DNA of 64,000 nucleotides from Tubulanus polymorphus (taxonomy: Eukaryota; Animalia; Nemertea). Position 1 is the first letter of the stretch, and each line of letters begins with the position of its first letter. The stretch is taken from NCBI RefSeq assembly GCF_964204645.1, contig NC_134028.1, forward strand, positions 1,984,001 through 2,048,000. Direction: 5' to 3'. Below the pieces are notes generated by a model that saw nothing but the letters and a program-made list of their open reading frames with translations, made no database searches and was not told where the DNA came from. Positions 1 through 15,018 of this stretch are shown one piece after another. The translations under genes and the position numbers were made by a program.

Positions 1-25
1 AGTTAAAACATTCGACCGACTGTCA

Positions 26-106
26 GCGAGCTCGGTGGTCTAGTGGAATGATGCTGCGCTAGTAATTTACTAGCCCGGGTTCGAGTCTCGCTCGATCCGC
101 TATTTT
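26..106 (+). mobile_element. tRNA-derived SINE-like head / degenerate tRNA pseudogene in a DCTN5 intron
   Basis: Pol III A box TGGTCTAGTGG (36-46), B box GGTTCGAGTCT (78-88), short T arm and a downstream T run; acceptor and anticodon arms do not form a proper cloverleaf. Confidence 0.5.
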
Positions 107-391
107 TCTCTAACTCTATTCTCCACACTTTTCTTGAATTTTCTAAGTCGTGCACCTCTGTACGCATGCGCGGCGTTAATCGGCCAATCAGCGACAGTTA
201 TTAGCGTATCCTAGTCCCGTACGAATAGTCTCTAGAGTAATCCGTACGGGTCCGTACGAGTTTTCTCTTTTTCCCAGAATTTTCTATTCAATCAGGAGAT
301 ATCCGGATAATGACGTTAATCAGGATAATGTCATTCGTGTTGGCAAAATATGCACTTCCTATAAAAACGAAACGGAGCATATTTTTCTTAC

Positions 392-813
392 CCCTTGGAA
401 AATTTTTTGAACGCAGGTCGTATAACGGCTTTGTTACTGATAACGCAATGTCGTCCGATTCGCACATTTGCCAAATCTCCACGTATTATACAGTCGGCCA
501 TGATAATTGTCTGAAATTTAAAAATCAATTCACGAGCGAAGTGCAAGTGAACCCTATATACCACCGCCATTGATCGTCACAATTTCACCTCTAATTTGGT
601 ATAATTCCTTACCTTGCCATTAAGGACGATATTCTGACTGCCACACAAAACCGATTGTCGACTAACTTTATTTCCGGACGCCTTGAAAAAAAAACGATCA
701 TTACATTTCTCCAAAAAAGAATAAAATAATGAATTGAATTTAACTATAAATATCCAAATATTTACCGTTTCTATGTATTCCGGCTTGTTGTAATATTTAT
801 CAGACAGTTCCAT
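392..813 (-). CDS. DCTN5: Dynactin subunit 5 (p25), first three coding exons; gene continues beyond window start
   Basis: Exons 813-766, 681-613, 510-392 with GT-AG sites give [79 protein letters not shown], recognisably the p25 left-handed beta-helix N-terminus. Confidence 0.95.
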
Positions 814-1384
814 ATTTATCTGCGTTTGTCTACGTATTTGATGATGATAGAATGTTAGTAGATTACGCCTATAAAACCGGCATTGCTGCGAATGTTTTAG
901 AATACCATTGACAGTTCGGTTCCATGTTATAAGTCCAAAACACAGTCCACTACATAGCGGCAACCAGGAAGTAATTTTGCGGGAATTCCCAAATCTTTAG
1001 ACATTTTCCATCAAAATATTTCGGTATTCGATGACAAATATGCGTGAAAATAGCGTCGTTTTTGGGCCGGGATCAATGAATCTGTTTAGAATATACGTCG
1101 AATCAGATGGTATGCGATGACCTGAAATTTTAACTGGTTCTTCAACAAAAAAGTAATTAGATGACAACAGATAATATCCGAATTGAAGGTAAAGTAATTT
1201 GACCCTCTCTCTAGTCTAGTCGGGCAATTATAGATAAATAACAACATAACAAAGTAACTTTACTGGATCTATCAAAAATTTTCCCACATAAAATCACAAG
1301 TAAGTTGCTGATTAAGATATGGATTTTCGAAACAAATATCTGAATTGATTTGTTCATTTTCAGAGTAATAATTATACGAGGAGT

Positions 1385-4300
1385 ATGGCAGAGCACTATA
1401 TCATCCATGCATCTGATGGTCATCAGTGGGCAGAATTCCTCCGTTCTAAATTACTTAAGATCAGAAAAAACCTGAATGTGAAACTGGAGAACATTGACGA
1501 GTTGTTTCTTGTTCAAAGTGCTACAAGAATCAAAATTCAAGAAGCGAAAAATGTTATGTTTCTATTAACTTCCTCATTCCAGAATAAACTGAGTGCGAGT
1601 TCAGAAGATGTTTATTCGATTGAAAATTTATTGAAGAATCGATTCACTGAGGAAAGTGAAGGAATTTTAAATTGGCCCTTCGCGATTTTGCTCGGTCTAT
1701 CAGAGGAAGAATTTGTCGATGAAATCGGACAGAAAAATATCGAAAAACTACCGCGGTTCCGCAACTGGACGAAAGTACGAATACAACCAGACGTTGATGA
1801 AACGGGCGTAAGAAAAATTACGGAACGTGTATTGGAATTGATCGAAGGTAAACGACAGGCACCGATTACAGGTGATGGTGGCCGGAGACCGAGCGGTCAA
1901 GAGCTTCCACCGAGCAGGACATCATCACTCAAACGGAAAGGATTCACAGTAAAATTGATTCCATCGACGGTTTGTAAAGGAGTAAGTTTATTCGTATACC
2001 ACCACATAGTGAGAACCTTGTTAGGCCTTTTTTTTAATAGCTTGGTTTACGGGGTAGACCTATTAAAATATCATTTCGGAGGAGGAAAAAAAAATTTTTT
2101 TTAAATTCCCTCAGTGAGATCAAATCACTTTTTGTAGGAAGAGGGAACTGTTGATGGGGCAATAAATGATTCTTGGAAAGTTCGAACTCTGCACACTGCG
2201 ATCAAAAAAGAACCTCGCGTTTTTCAATTTTTTTTCATTCAAGCCAGGATTCTCATTCGGCTGAGGTGAAAAATTTTTTTGGCTCGTTTTTTCACTGAAT
2301 TTGTTCCACAGACGGGAATAAAAATCTAATGTTTCTTTAAATTTTTGGAGGCGGTTCCCGTAAACCAAGCGATAAAAAAAAAGGCCTTAGAACTAATTTA
2401 AAGCCCAACGCACACGATGCTGAGAAACACAGAAACATTTATTGTCTACTTTTAATTCTTGATTTTTTCCAGGATGAGGTAGCTGTGATATCATTGTGTG
2501 AAACGAAAATCAGAAACATCGAAATCAGTTTGAAATCCGGGGATCGCGTGTTATCCATGCCAGCGAGTAAATTAAACCCGGGAGCGCATTCATTCATCAT
2601 GCCAGGTACGATTTCAAACATCTAAAATCAGGTCCGTCGGAAAGAAAATTTCAATGCTAATCTACGTAATGGGTGTCCAAATACAATGGGATACCGGCAA
2701 GGCTACTGTGGGAAGCGAGGATTCGGCGATAATCCGCCAGGATTGCTAGTGGCATTGGGTTACCGCGCTTCAATTTCTTCTACATTTCAATAAACTTCGA
2801 GTCAAATTTTCCGATTAGTAAATCAATTTTCAGTGAAATCAATACCATCCACTTAGTGAGAAAGGGAATCTTATATCTATCCGATGAGTCGTTTGATAAT
2901 TTTCTCATTTGTAAGCCTAAAAGTAAAGTTCAAATTTCATTGAAAATGAACTGATTTTCACTACGAATAACCCGGGGCCAGTTGCAAAGTCGTGACTTAA
3001 GTCCAAAAGTGGTCTTAAATTTTAAAGAATCTTAGATTGACCAAAGAACTTAGTTGGTCTTAGACTGGTCTTAAGTCTAAGCCATGACTATGCAACCGGC
3101 CCCGGTGTTTTGTCATGCCATCTGGTGTTGCCGGTATCCCATTCATGGATATTTGTCTGATTTATCTAGATATGCCGGTTGGTGATTTAACAGTCAATGT
3201 AAAAGCATCCTTCGCTAAAGATAACGCGTCTGCTGAATTCACAATTACGAATCAGTCCATTTTTGATCGTTTATTGAACCAAGCTAGCCAACCGGCTTCT
3301 TTAATGTTGAGCACGTACAACATACGCAGTATGGATAGTTTAGACAAACTGCTGACGAGTTTTCTAAAAGATTTATCTGATGATGTGAACATATTTTTGA
3401 AGACGTTCGAGTTTGAAAAACAACAATATACTGAAGGTATTTATTTTCATCAGTTCCAATATTTTGATCATTCATTTTGCACTGTTTGAAGCTTTTCAAC
3501 AATGTTAATCTTAATGATTAATGGCAGGTTCTACCAGTGAATTGGAATGTCCATCTCTGATTCATTTTGCTGCTAAGTTTGGGCTACTCGAGTTTGGTAA
3601 AGAATTGCTGCTACGTGCGTTTTCTCATCAGGCATACACAATTGAAAATTGCGATGGGAATTTCCCTCTGAACATTGCTGAACAGCATGGGAATCATGAA
3701 CTGGTTGATGTATTTTCTCAATTCGTAAGTATGAGTGCATATTCTCAAATACATGTACATGTATATGTATATCACAGCTATCAGTTGCACATATCTCACA
3801 GGGACTTGTCACGATTGATAATGTGCGGTATGTGACCAATGATTGGGGTACCAGAATCCTTGCAACTGTATAATAGAAAAATTCTTTTACAGTATAACTC
3901 GTTAATTCGGATCGGTTTCATTTGGATTTTCGCTTATTTTGGACTAAAATTCCAGTCCCTCTAGGTTGTTCTATTCAAATGAAAGCATATAATTCGGATT
4001 TCATTTGATTCTGACAAAATTTCCCAGTCCTAGGTGATCCGAATTAAGTAAGTTTGACTGTATTATACAATGATACTGAGGTTGGTCATTGACTTTATTC
4101 ATTCGCTATCAATTGTGACAAAATGTATTATTTCTCTTTTTCCTACAGGAGGCATCACTGTTAGGTCGAGAAATCTATTGGAATATCAAAGATGGAATGG
4201 ATTTGCTAAAAACAACTGATCATTGTACTGATTATGACTATAAGCGGTTCGGCGATGAATTGTTCTCATGCGTAAACTGTAGTGATACCTACTCACCCAT

Positions 4301-5824
4301 TGATGAGTCGATTTATGTGGCTATGAATAGAATTGACACAACACAAACATACGAAGGTGACGATATCTACTGCCATGTCCCAAGATGTAAGTCTTCTGAA
4401 AACATGTTGTCTTACAATAAAATTAAGGGAAATTCTTTTTTGTCAGCCTAAGCTTATTTTTTTCTAGCTGATATTTGGCCACCACCAGTAGTAGAACTAG
4501 ATGATGATCTTTATGGTGAGAATTACAGAAATATTTACGTATTTTTATTTTCTAAATCCCAGCTACTTATGTGAAAAATCCAATCTTATTTATTTTCTAG
4601 GGTCCATTTCATCAGATACATTGACAACTTACAGTCCACCATTCGATTGTTCTGGTCGACATGCAGATGTTTTTATTCCAGATGATAGTAAGGACACCCT
4701 TCAAAAATAGTGGATAATTTTCAAAAATCAAAATCAAGTGACCCGAATGCTTTGCTCAAATTTATTCATTTGTTTAATATTCATTTCTCAGCTGGCAGAG
4801 ATTATAGCCAAGAGGAGTTGCTATTAATCCTGAAGGAACATGCAGAGCAGAAGTTCACTGAGAAAGAAACGATTTTGAGAGCTAGAGATTGGGTCCGTAC
4901 TTACAGCGGTGGCCATACAAGATCATTCAAACGCCATAAGGTATGGTGAATGTTTCAACAAAATTTCCGTACTTTGAATCTTAACCCGTATTTTCCTTCT
5001 TCGTATTTCTAAAAAAATTGTTATCCATTTTCTAGCAAAACCTCTCTATTATGCGGTCACATATTCTCAGTCATGTAGGAAAGACTGGCGCTGATATTCA
5101 AATAGGTCACCCAGAAATATCGAAAGACATCGGAGCAGGTGATGAATTTAATGGAAGGGTAAATACATTTAAATGATTACTTTGAACCTCATAAATTGTG
5201 CCCTTCGCACTGAAGACCTCTCACATTGATTTGGTACAAATTACGTACTGTATTTCCATTACTGTTTTTCAGGTACAAAATTATAAGCCAATGAAACAAT
5301 TTCAAATGGCACAAAGACATCTAAAAACTGCAAGTACTATAAGTTCAAGCAGCACTAGTAAGTCAACTTGTGCAAAACATAACAATATCCTGAAGGAATT
5401 GAAAAATTCAGAAACTACATATTTTTTCTTTTTAACAATATGATTTGTTTCAGGTTCAGCATCATCTCGAGGTAGTCGCATCAGCTTTCAGGACAGCGGT
5501 GTCGAAGAATCTTCAGCAGGGTCCCATGAACCACCCCCCTTATTGCCACCGCGAACAAACAAAGCTCATTCCAGCTTCAAAAAGCATTCCTCATCATCTA
5601 CGTCATCAAATCAATTACCATCATCTCCAATGAGTAAACATGATCCGTGCGACTCTCCAAGAGGCAGACAATTCAGCTCTGTTGATTTATCTGCTTCCTT
5701 GAAATCAAGTGACATGTTTCTTAATCGTAAGGATGATTTCTATGATGATGATGCAGATGATGATTATGATGATGATGATGATCCACCCATCATTCCCCCT
5801 AGAGTTCCACCTCGAAAGTATTAG
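1385..5824 (+). CDS. PIK3AP1: BCAP/BANK1/Dof-family signalling adaptor (TIR-like, DBB, ankyrin repeats, YxxM, Pro-rich tail), multi-exon
   Basis: N-terminal HYIIHASDGHQWAEFL..VMFLLTS (TIR-like), VKLIPSTV..DEVAVISL (DBB-like), ankyrin pair PSLIHFAAKFGLLEF..NCDGNFPLNIAEQHG, YVAM at 4314, C-terminal PPLLPPR and PPIIPPRVPPRK; exons joined by GT-AG introns; internal exon set partly uncertain. Confidence 0.75.
2024..2386. mobile_element. PIF/Harbinger (Tourist-like) MITE
   Basis: TIRs GGCC(T)nAATAGCTTGGTTTACGGG / CCCGTAAACCAAGCGAT(A)nGGCC flanked by TTA on both sides (2021-2023, 2387-2389). Confidence 0.75.
2972..3105. mobile_element. Short palindromic MITE (GGGGCCAGTTGC termini)
   Basis: CCGGGGCCAGTTGCAAAGTCGTGACTTA ... 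TAAGCCATGACTATGCAACCGGCCCCGG; same termini recur at 57391-57525. Confidence 0.7.
3890..4060. mobile_element. Tc1/mariner-type MITE
   Basis: TA|CAGTATAACTCGTTAATTCGGATC ... GATCCGAATTAAGTAAGTTTGACTG|TA: CAGT termini and TA target duplication. Confidence 0.7.
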
Positions 5825-6311
5825 AGCTTTCCTCTTACATGTCTGCTGCATTCCATGACGAAGTAATTTTTACTTTCTGCGATTGATAAAATCAGGTTTA
5901 TTTAAATATATTCGATGGATACAAGGCATCAGAAAATTATTTATTATATTCTGTAAACAGAAAGACAATAAACAGTTCATGTATATCTTCCAACGTGTCT
6001 GAAGAATTCTGTTGAAGACCATCTTCTTATGAATAGTAATTAATTGGAATGATGTAAAACGTACTTATGTATGTAGGTGCTATAAACTTATATAATATCG
6101 TGAGTTTAATTTATGCAAAAATATATAATCTGTAGCAATATTTGTTGTTTTTATTACATTGTACTTCTGTAATTCAAACAGTCTGGGTCATTCTTCAAAT
6201 GGGAATGTGGTCAATGGCCGAGAATGATATGCGTGGTAAATTGAGATGATTTTGTATTTGTACGGCTATTGAAGCCATCGTTCCCTAAACAGGAACTGTA
6301 GGAAAGCGTTA

Positions 6312-6525
6312 GGTAAAAGTGCATATCTGCACCTCTCTGCGTAAACGGTTCAATCAATTACTTAAATATCATTGTTTAAGATTCAAAATGTCATCAGCAA
6401 TTCAGTACATTGTCAATGGCTAATTTTAAGATATCTTCACTAGAGAGAGTATAGAGATTTTAGCCTGGATTCTGTCATTCAGCAGATTGCGTCAATCACG
6501 AGAGGTGCGGATCTGCACTTTTACC
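6312..6525. mobile_element. MITE with 26-bp TIRs and 8-bp TSD (Merlin-like termini)
   Basis: TIR GGTAAAAGTGCATATCTGCACCTCTC / GAGAGGTGCGGATCTGCACTTTTACC; perfect direct repeat AAGCGTTA at 6304-6311 and 6526-6533. Confidence 0.8.
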
Positions 6526-7346
6526 AAGCGTTATGTCTGGTATTCATATCATATCAAGTTCAGGAACTGTTATGGTTATTTCTAACACTGTACCCGTATA
6601 TTAGGTGATATGCTCAATTTCACTCGTTGTAACACAGAACTCACCGAAATTTTATATTTAAAATGAAAAGATATTAATTACAATCCAGCTGATTAAAAGA
6701 TTACTGATTGTGCTACCGGGGAACAAGAAAAGTTAACCAGAGTTTATTTATATTTTCAGTAATAAACATGTAATCTAGATAAATAAAGACCATTTTACCA
6801 GAAAAGCACAAAAATTGTTGTCACGTTTGTTTTATTTCAAAGCCGCATATGTAGATTTATCAGTGTGCCGAAATTTTGTTTGGTGCGTGCTGCCATCTGT
6901 CTTTTACGGTACGGTACTATATTGAGTATTTATTGTATGTTACTTATATCAGTCGGATTACATGATGCATCATCGTGAACGAAATATTTACACCAACATT
7001 TGAGGAGTACGTATTTGGGTAAGGCACTCTTGATTGATTAAAGGTTGCCAAAGTTTAAATTGCCAATAAATACTCAGCTACCGTACACATAGAACGCGCT
7101 CGCCCCACAGAATACTGAACTGTAGTTCAAGGGTTAACTAATAGTGTAGCAGTGACTAAAGTTAAAATCGTCTGGCGGAACGACAGCCAAGTTTGGCGCG
7201 TACTCGCGCGCGCTTGCAGTGTTTCGTTGCTGACTCTTTGTAATGCTGATAAATATACTTTTTTATTGTACGCCTCGGGCTGTGATATTTCGTCAATCGT
7301 TTGTGAAACTGTCAATTCTGTTGTCAAATCTAGGGAAGCCGTTTAA

Positions 7347-7565
7347 GGCTAAAAAAAATTGATACCTTGTTTCTCCGCTCTGCTGAGCTTAAATGTTGAC
7401 CCGGCCGGCCGCCTATCTACCCTATACATTACTTTTTTTAAATCGTGATCAATTTAACCATAACAGACCCGGCCGCTATAGAAATGAACTGTTTATGAAT
7501 TTTATCATATTTTACAAAAATGACCCGGCCGCCGCGGAGAAACAAGGTATCATTTTTGTTTAGCC
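7347..7565. mobile_element. PIF/Harbinger (Tourist-like) MITE
   Basis: TIR GGCTAAAAAAAATTGATACCTTGTTTCTCCGC / GCGGAGAAACAAGGTATCATTTTTGTTTAGCC flanked by TAA; internal GACCCGGCCG x3. Confidence 0.75.
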
Positions 7566-8528
7566 TAAGATACTAGAGATGATATTCCGTCACTTACATA
7601 TTTTTTTGAAAAAAACTGTTCGTTCACTCTGTATGTTCATTTTATTCCCGGGATTTTATTGTCATGTACTGCCCTGTATTGATGTTAGTATTACATGTTA
7701 TTTCCTATGTAACATGTATTTTATGGAGCAGTGTACAAGTTCAAGTTGCGGACGAATCTGAACTTGGAGTAATCTAAGTGAGTTTGATGATCAATGATTA
7801 GTTGATTGGGGACATCGTGATAAAATCGTATCTTCAAAATCGATGTGAAAATCGATTTTACGCTTCATTAATTGATTTTACGTAGGTTTAACCACTTATA
7901 AAACCATTCCATTGTTCGTAAAATGTACGTAGTTAAAAGACAATGAAAAATAACACAAAATATGCACGATGTCCTGTCAAAACAAAGAAGAAATCTCATC
8001 ATCGTTTTTTACATTGTGTTACATAATAGTTTTCCGAAATGGTGTAAGAAATACGTAAAATCAATGAGTAACGACAACGCATAAGATCGAAAGTTTTTTC
8101 ATTATTCTTGTGTAAGATGTGGCCCAAAAAACTACCGTACGTAGATTCAATACAATCGTGTGGAATTATTTCGAAAAAAATCGTTTTCATAAACGATTGT
8201 TTCAAGGTATAGATTTTAAACAACGCATAAAATAGATCCATGTACGACAGAAAATGTACGCTCAGTCACCGTGGTCTTGTTTGTATAATTTCTTATCTTC
8301 GATTAAACTCCACATGATATATAACTTGGTACTAGGTCGCCTTAAACTTTTAGTGACTGGGTTAGTAGCCTCTCGTACTCGTCTGGAACGAGACATTTAC
8401 TGCACGTGGGTGTCTCAAAATTGGTTTCGATATCGATAATTTATATTTCAGAAGCGATTCGCTCGTGATTTTCCGGGTTATCCGTCGGATAGCGTGTATG
8501 TTGAACACGGCGACAGTTTATTGTCACA

Positions 8529-10273
8529 ATGACTACAGAACGTGACAAAAAGCATCTTCAATTGGACGATCCATCGTTGGCGGAAAGTATTATCATAATA
8601 TCAGCGTGTACACTAGCAGCCATTATTACTGGTGGTACAAGGTATTCAGTTGGTATACTACTCGTGGAATGGATGGATTATTTTCAAATCGGGAGCGCTA
8701 TGGCTGCCTGGTTAGGCTCAGTGACATTCCTAACCTACTACACATTCGGTAAGCCTTTGTACGACGCGTGCGAAAAAAAATCTACAATCATTAATTGAAT
8801 CATTTTATGTTTCTGATCTTCGTTGGAAATCATGTAAAAACAGAGATAACGACAGAATGTCTTTTTTTGATTCTAGGGCCTTTTGCAAATGTGATAGTGA
8901 GATGGTTTCGCCTACGCCCTGTTCTATTTACGGCAGCGATGGTTTTTTCTACTGCTCTGGCTTTGTCGTCATTAGCTGCTAATGAATATATACTTATGGT
9001 CGGATGGGCAATAGCAGGTAAATTGATATAAATGTGCATCTTTCCGTCCAAAATCTAAAGTATATGCATGATTTTACTGTTATCTACTTAATGCTGAACT
9101 ACTTTTGGTATTTGGCCTTTTTTCCAGATCAATTCCCGTTATATCTCCTCTATATTTCAGGTGTTGGATTGTGTTTTTTCTGCGTCCCTTTAATCCCTTA
9201 CATCATACAGAAATTCCCGGTGAAGATACGTTCGGTGGCTAATGGTCTGTTCGCGTCTGGAACAAGTTGCGGGACTTTCTTGTACACTTTTATAGTTAAC
9301 GGAACGTTGGAGGCTTATGGATGGCGCGGGTGTATGCTTATTCTAGCCGGCATCTCTCTCAATCTATGCGCTGTCGCGTTGTGCTTACTTCCGATCCGTC
9401 ATCGCGAATCCAGCGAAGAACGCGTAACTATGAACGGGCGAGATGAAGATGGTGATGATGGTGATGATGATGATGATGATGAGAATATCACGAAGGATAA
9501 ATCAGATATTGTAAACGATACAACGTTTGAAAAAATGGAACTTGCCGATGATACAAAACGCCGTTGCGTTATTCATAATAGTCGAGATTTATTTCATTTT
9601 TATCTATTCAAAAACTGGAAATTCCTTTCAGTTTTATTGCATTTCGGACTGCTCTACATGAGTGCCGCTATTGTCTATATTCACATCGTATCCGGCACTT
9701 TACAGCTTTATGGAGTCGATCTGCAAACCGCTTCGTACACCATCTCCTGCGTGGGATTGTCGAATTTAGTTGGTCGATTCGCCATTTCTGTCCTGGTTCA
9801 TCTTCCTCGTGTCGATACTTTAACTGTTCATAATTGCTGTAATATAATTCTCGGGATTCTGTTGATTATATTCCCTCACTGCGGTAATTACGTCGGTGCT
9901 TTGATTGTCAGTGCGCTGATCGGGTTAGCCCTGTCAGGATATGGATCGCTTCCTCAAATTGTGCTCGTCGATCAACTCGGTGATGAAAACCTTCAAACTA
10001 CATTCGCCTATTTGATGGTTGTGTCCGGGGCTTTTTATAGCGCTGGTGGACCGCTTGCAGGTCGATGAAAAATATTTCAAAAATGAAATCTTTCTTAAAG
10101 AAAAACTATTTCCGTATAATTAACGTTGTTTTTATTATTTTACAGGGGTGTTGTATGACCTATCCGGCGATTATCAGAATTCGTTTTATTTTGCGGCTGC
10201 TATAGCGTTTTTGAGCGTCATAGTTTTACTGCCTGCCTGGATAAAACAAATTAGAAGTCTTCAAAAAGTATGA
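8529..10273 (+). CDS. Monocarboxylate transporter-like (SLC16 family, MFS), 4 coding exons
   Basis: Multiple hydrophobic TM segments, YGWRGCMLILAGISLN and GGPLAGVLYDLSGDYQNSFYFA motifs typical of SLC16, acidic central loop; TGA at 10271-10273. Confidence 0.85.
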
Positions 10274-10640
10274 CCTAAAGCACCGGATATTACTTGAAAT
10301 AACTCTTTTACTGTGTTAATAGGTTCTTTTGTAATACATTATTTACTAATAATTGAAATATTACGAATTGTTTGTTCATTTTATGGGATATCGAACGGAG
10401 AAAATATCAGCAATTGAATTTATAGAATTCGATGAACAGTGAACCACGAACGATCATACGGTTCGCCTTTTTAATTTTTGACTTGATTTACATCACACAA
10501 TTTCAATGGTTGTGCCATGTGAGAACGAAATTGGAAAATAAAATAGCACCGTCTCCTTATCAAAGTATGATAAGAAAATTCTCGATAAGGCAGAAATAAA
10601 AGCATAGGTACATATTTCATTTGATGATAGTTTTCCCACA

Positions 10641-12369
<1,729 letters not shown>

Positions 12370-12905
12370 TCACTTTGAAAAACTATTATACGTGTAATCT
12401 AAAGATTAAGTTGTTAAATAAAGCTTATGATACAGGTATACCGATAGAATTTAGTGAATTATTTTTGTCCTTGGAGAATTGTATGGCTGAATGATCTCAT
12501 CATAACCTTACTCGGACAAACTGGAGCGAAGTTATAGGGATAGGAAAACGCGTTAGGAAGTCAGAAAAATGATTTCGTTTTCAACCGTGTTAGTAAAAAG
12601 AGTTGGCCGTGTTCGAGTTAAGTGAGGTTTACTGTATGATATATTAGGAATGTTTTTACAAGTTGTTGTAAATCGTGGCGTTCTCGAATTACTTACGTTA
12701 TTGATCTATGATAACGATTAATCATGTCGTATATCATGTCAACCTGTGACGCTATTTATGAATTTTTTTTCAATAGTCTCCATGAGTTAATTAATCAAAC
12801 GCAACACGATGTTACCCAGTTTCACTGTCCAATGAAATAATGAAGCATGTCGTCATTTTATTCATAATTCACCTCGAAAAAATTACAAGAATCTAGAACG
12901 CAGCC

Positions 12906-15018
12906 ATGATGGATGAAAAAATACCTCTTTTAGTTTTCTTGATATTGTTTGTGAGTTATTCTTACGGGTGAGTTTCAAATACGATATGCAAAAGGTTAAC
13001 ACCCAAATACACGATGTAACATAACACGATTCTTTGACTTGTGTAATTTTGGATTCAGGCGTTTTGAAAATGCATTTGGTAAGAAAATATTCTGGCACGG
13101 TTCCGGAACTCCAATTTGGTACATGCCGAAGTTGAAATGCGCCGATTGGACTCCCAAACAACCTTGGAAATACATCTGCTGCAACAATAAACTCGTTCCC
13201 AGGCAACAGTACGACAGCTGCTGCAGTGGCACGCTGTATCGTACCTGTACGCACCTGTGCTGCGGCACGTGGCTGTACGATCGTTACGGTAAGATGGGAT
13301 GCTGCGGCGACGAGACATATCACAAGGATACCCAGATATGCTGTAATAGAATTGTTTACGACAAAATTAGCGCTCAGGATAAATGCTGCGGTTTAATGTC
13401 GTAAGTGAAAGAAGAATATCAAATCCAAGAGATTTTCCTACCGGCAATATTCATAACTGCATTCTTCATTTACTTCTTGATCAACAGCTACAACAGCAAC
13501 AACGAAATTTGCTGCGACGGTGAACTACACTGGAGGTCTTATCATCATCGGACGATCTGTTGTGGAAAGGGTATTTACAACAGCGACCATTTCAAATGTT
13601 GCGGCGAAAATGTTAAATCCAAAACTGTCGCCCCGGATCGGTATTTCCAATGCTGCATGAACGGCCCGACTAAACAGAAATGGTTCGATCCGAGAAAGGA
13701 ACTCTGCTGCCGCGGAAATGTCAAGACATCAATTCTCGGGATCGCGTTCCGCGCTAACGTAATATTTCTTTCAAAGGCCTAAGTTTTCATGAAAAAATAT
13801 CATTATCTTACAAATAGGGACTGGGATACCTTACGTTCTTCCGTGTTCAACCTTTTTCTAATTCACGATAGCTAATGTATATGAAAGATATATTGAACTT
13901 ATACTTGTAGTACGTTTGTTGTGGTAATCAGCAAATTGATACGGTGCATTATGTGTGCTGTAACGGGAAGTATGCTCACGAGAAAGAGCCGTGGATGTCA
14001 CCAAAAACACGCCGGATCTGTTGCGGTTCCATCAAACCACGCCCTTACCAAACTCATCTTTGTTGCAGTAAAAACAATCGCTACAAACTTCATATCGGTG
14101 CTATTTACGCGTATAGAAAGTGCTGCGGGTTAAACTCTTATGATCCGAGAACTCATTTCTGCTGCGGAGGACTCGTTAATCCGAGGAAATACGGAAAATA
14201 CACGCGTTGTTGTAAACGGCTTATTTACGACGTCCGGTTATATATCTGCTGCCATTGTAGCCTGTACCAGAGAACCGGTCCTCGGATGGGTAAGAAATGA
14301 AATTTGCTCATTTTTGAACGATCATTAGTTCGATGACCTCCTATGCTGGGTAGTTACACAGTCGATATCACAACTTTTTCTTTATAGCTTGTTGTGGAGC
14401 AAGGCGCCATGTTCGGTATTTGGAACGATCGAAAACTGGTCAAGAGCACTGGAGATCACACGGTAAGAATGAACCTGCGGACAATATGCGCAAAACAATT
14501 TTGTATTTACTTGAGCTTTGTTTTAAGGTTTGTTGCCGTATAACCGCGATACACACACGTGTTGTTGTGGAATAGTCAAACGAAAACGGAAGTCAGTTGG
14601 ATCGCGAGCAGTTTGGAAATGTTGCCAATTCCGACCGTACAACGCTCGAACCCATTTCTGTTGCCATGGACGAGTTTACAAAAGACTTCGTCAATCCACT
14701 GTCAGAGCGTAAGTACTGACGATACCCTGCGAGGAAGCTGAATCCATCTCCAACTCTAATCATCTTTGACACAGAGGACTTATCTATTATCGTGATTCCA
14801 TTTAATTCTTTATTTTCTTAATATTGTTCAGTTGTTGTGGAGGCGAGATCTTCTCTGTGAATCAGCACGAATGCTGCGGTGGGAGTATACACGCTAGAAA
14901 TGACTGTTATCGCTGTTGCGCTGGACTGTTTTGGTACAACGTCAAATATGACCGATGCAAAAAAGGACATGTGGATATCAGGGATACACCATTGAATATT
15001 CACTGCCCGTCTCAGTGA
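12906..15018 (+). CDS. Galaxin-like secreted di-cysteine (CC) repeat protein
   Basis: Signal peptide MMDEKIPLLVFLILFVSYSYG, then roughly two dozen CC doublets in repeats such as CCGxxxYDPxTHFCCxG; multi-exon with GT-AG introns; stop at 15016-15018. Confidence 0.85.

Noticed and set aside
26-100. Functional tRNA gene
   Set aside because: A and B boxes present but acceptor stem is mismatched and there is no canonical 7-nt anticodon loop; better read as SINE head or pseudogene
577-963. 128-aa ORF as a single-exon protein
   Set aside because: Read-through of DCTN5 exons 1-2 plus intron and 5' UTR
1161-1188. Upstream coding exon for the adaptor gene (ATG..GAAG|GT)
   Set aside because: Splicing to the acceptor near 1363 gives an immediate TAA; at most a uORF in a 5' UTR exon
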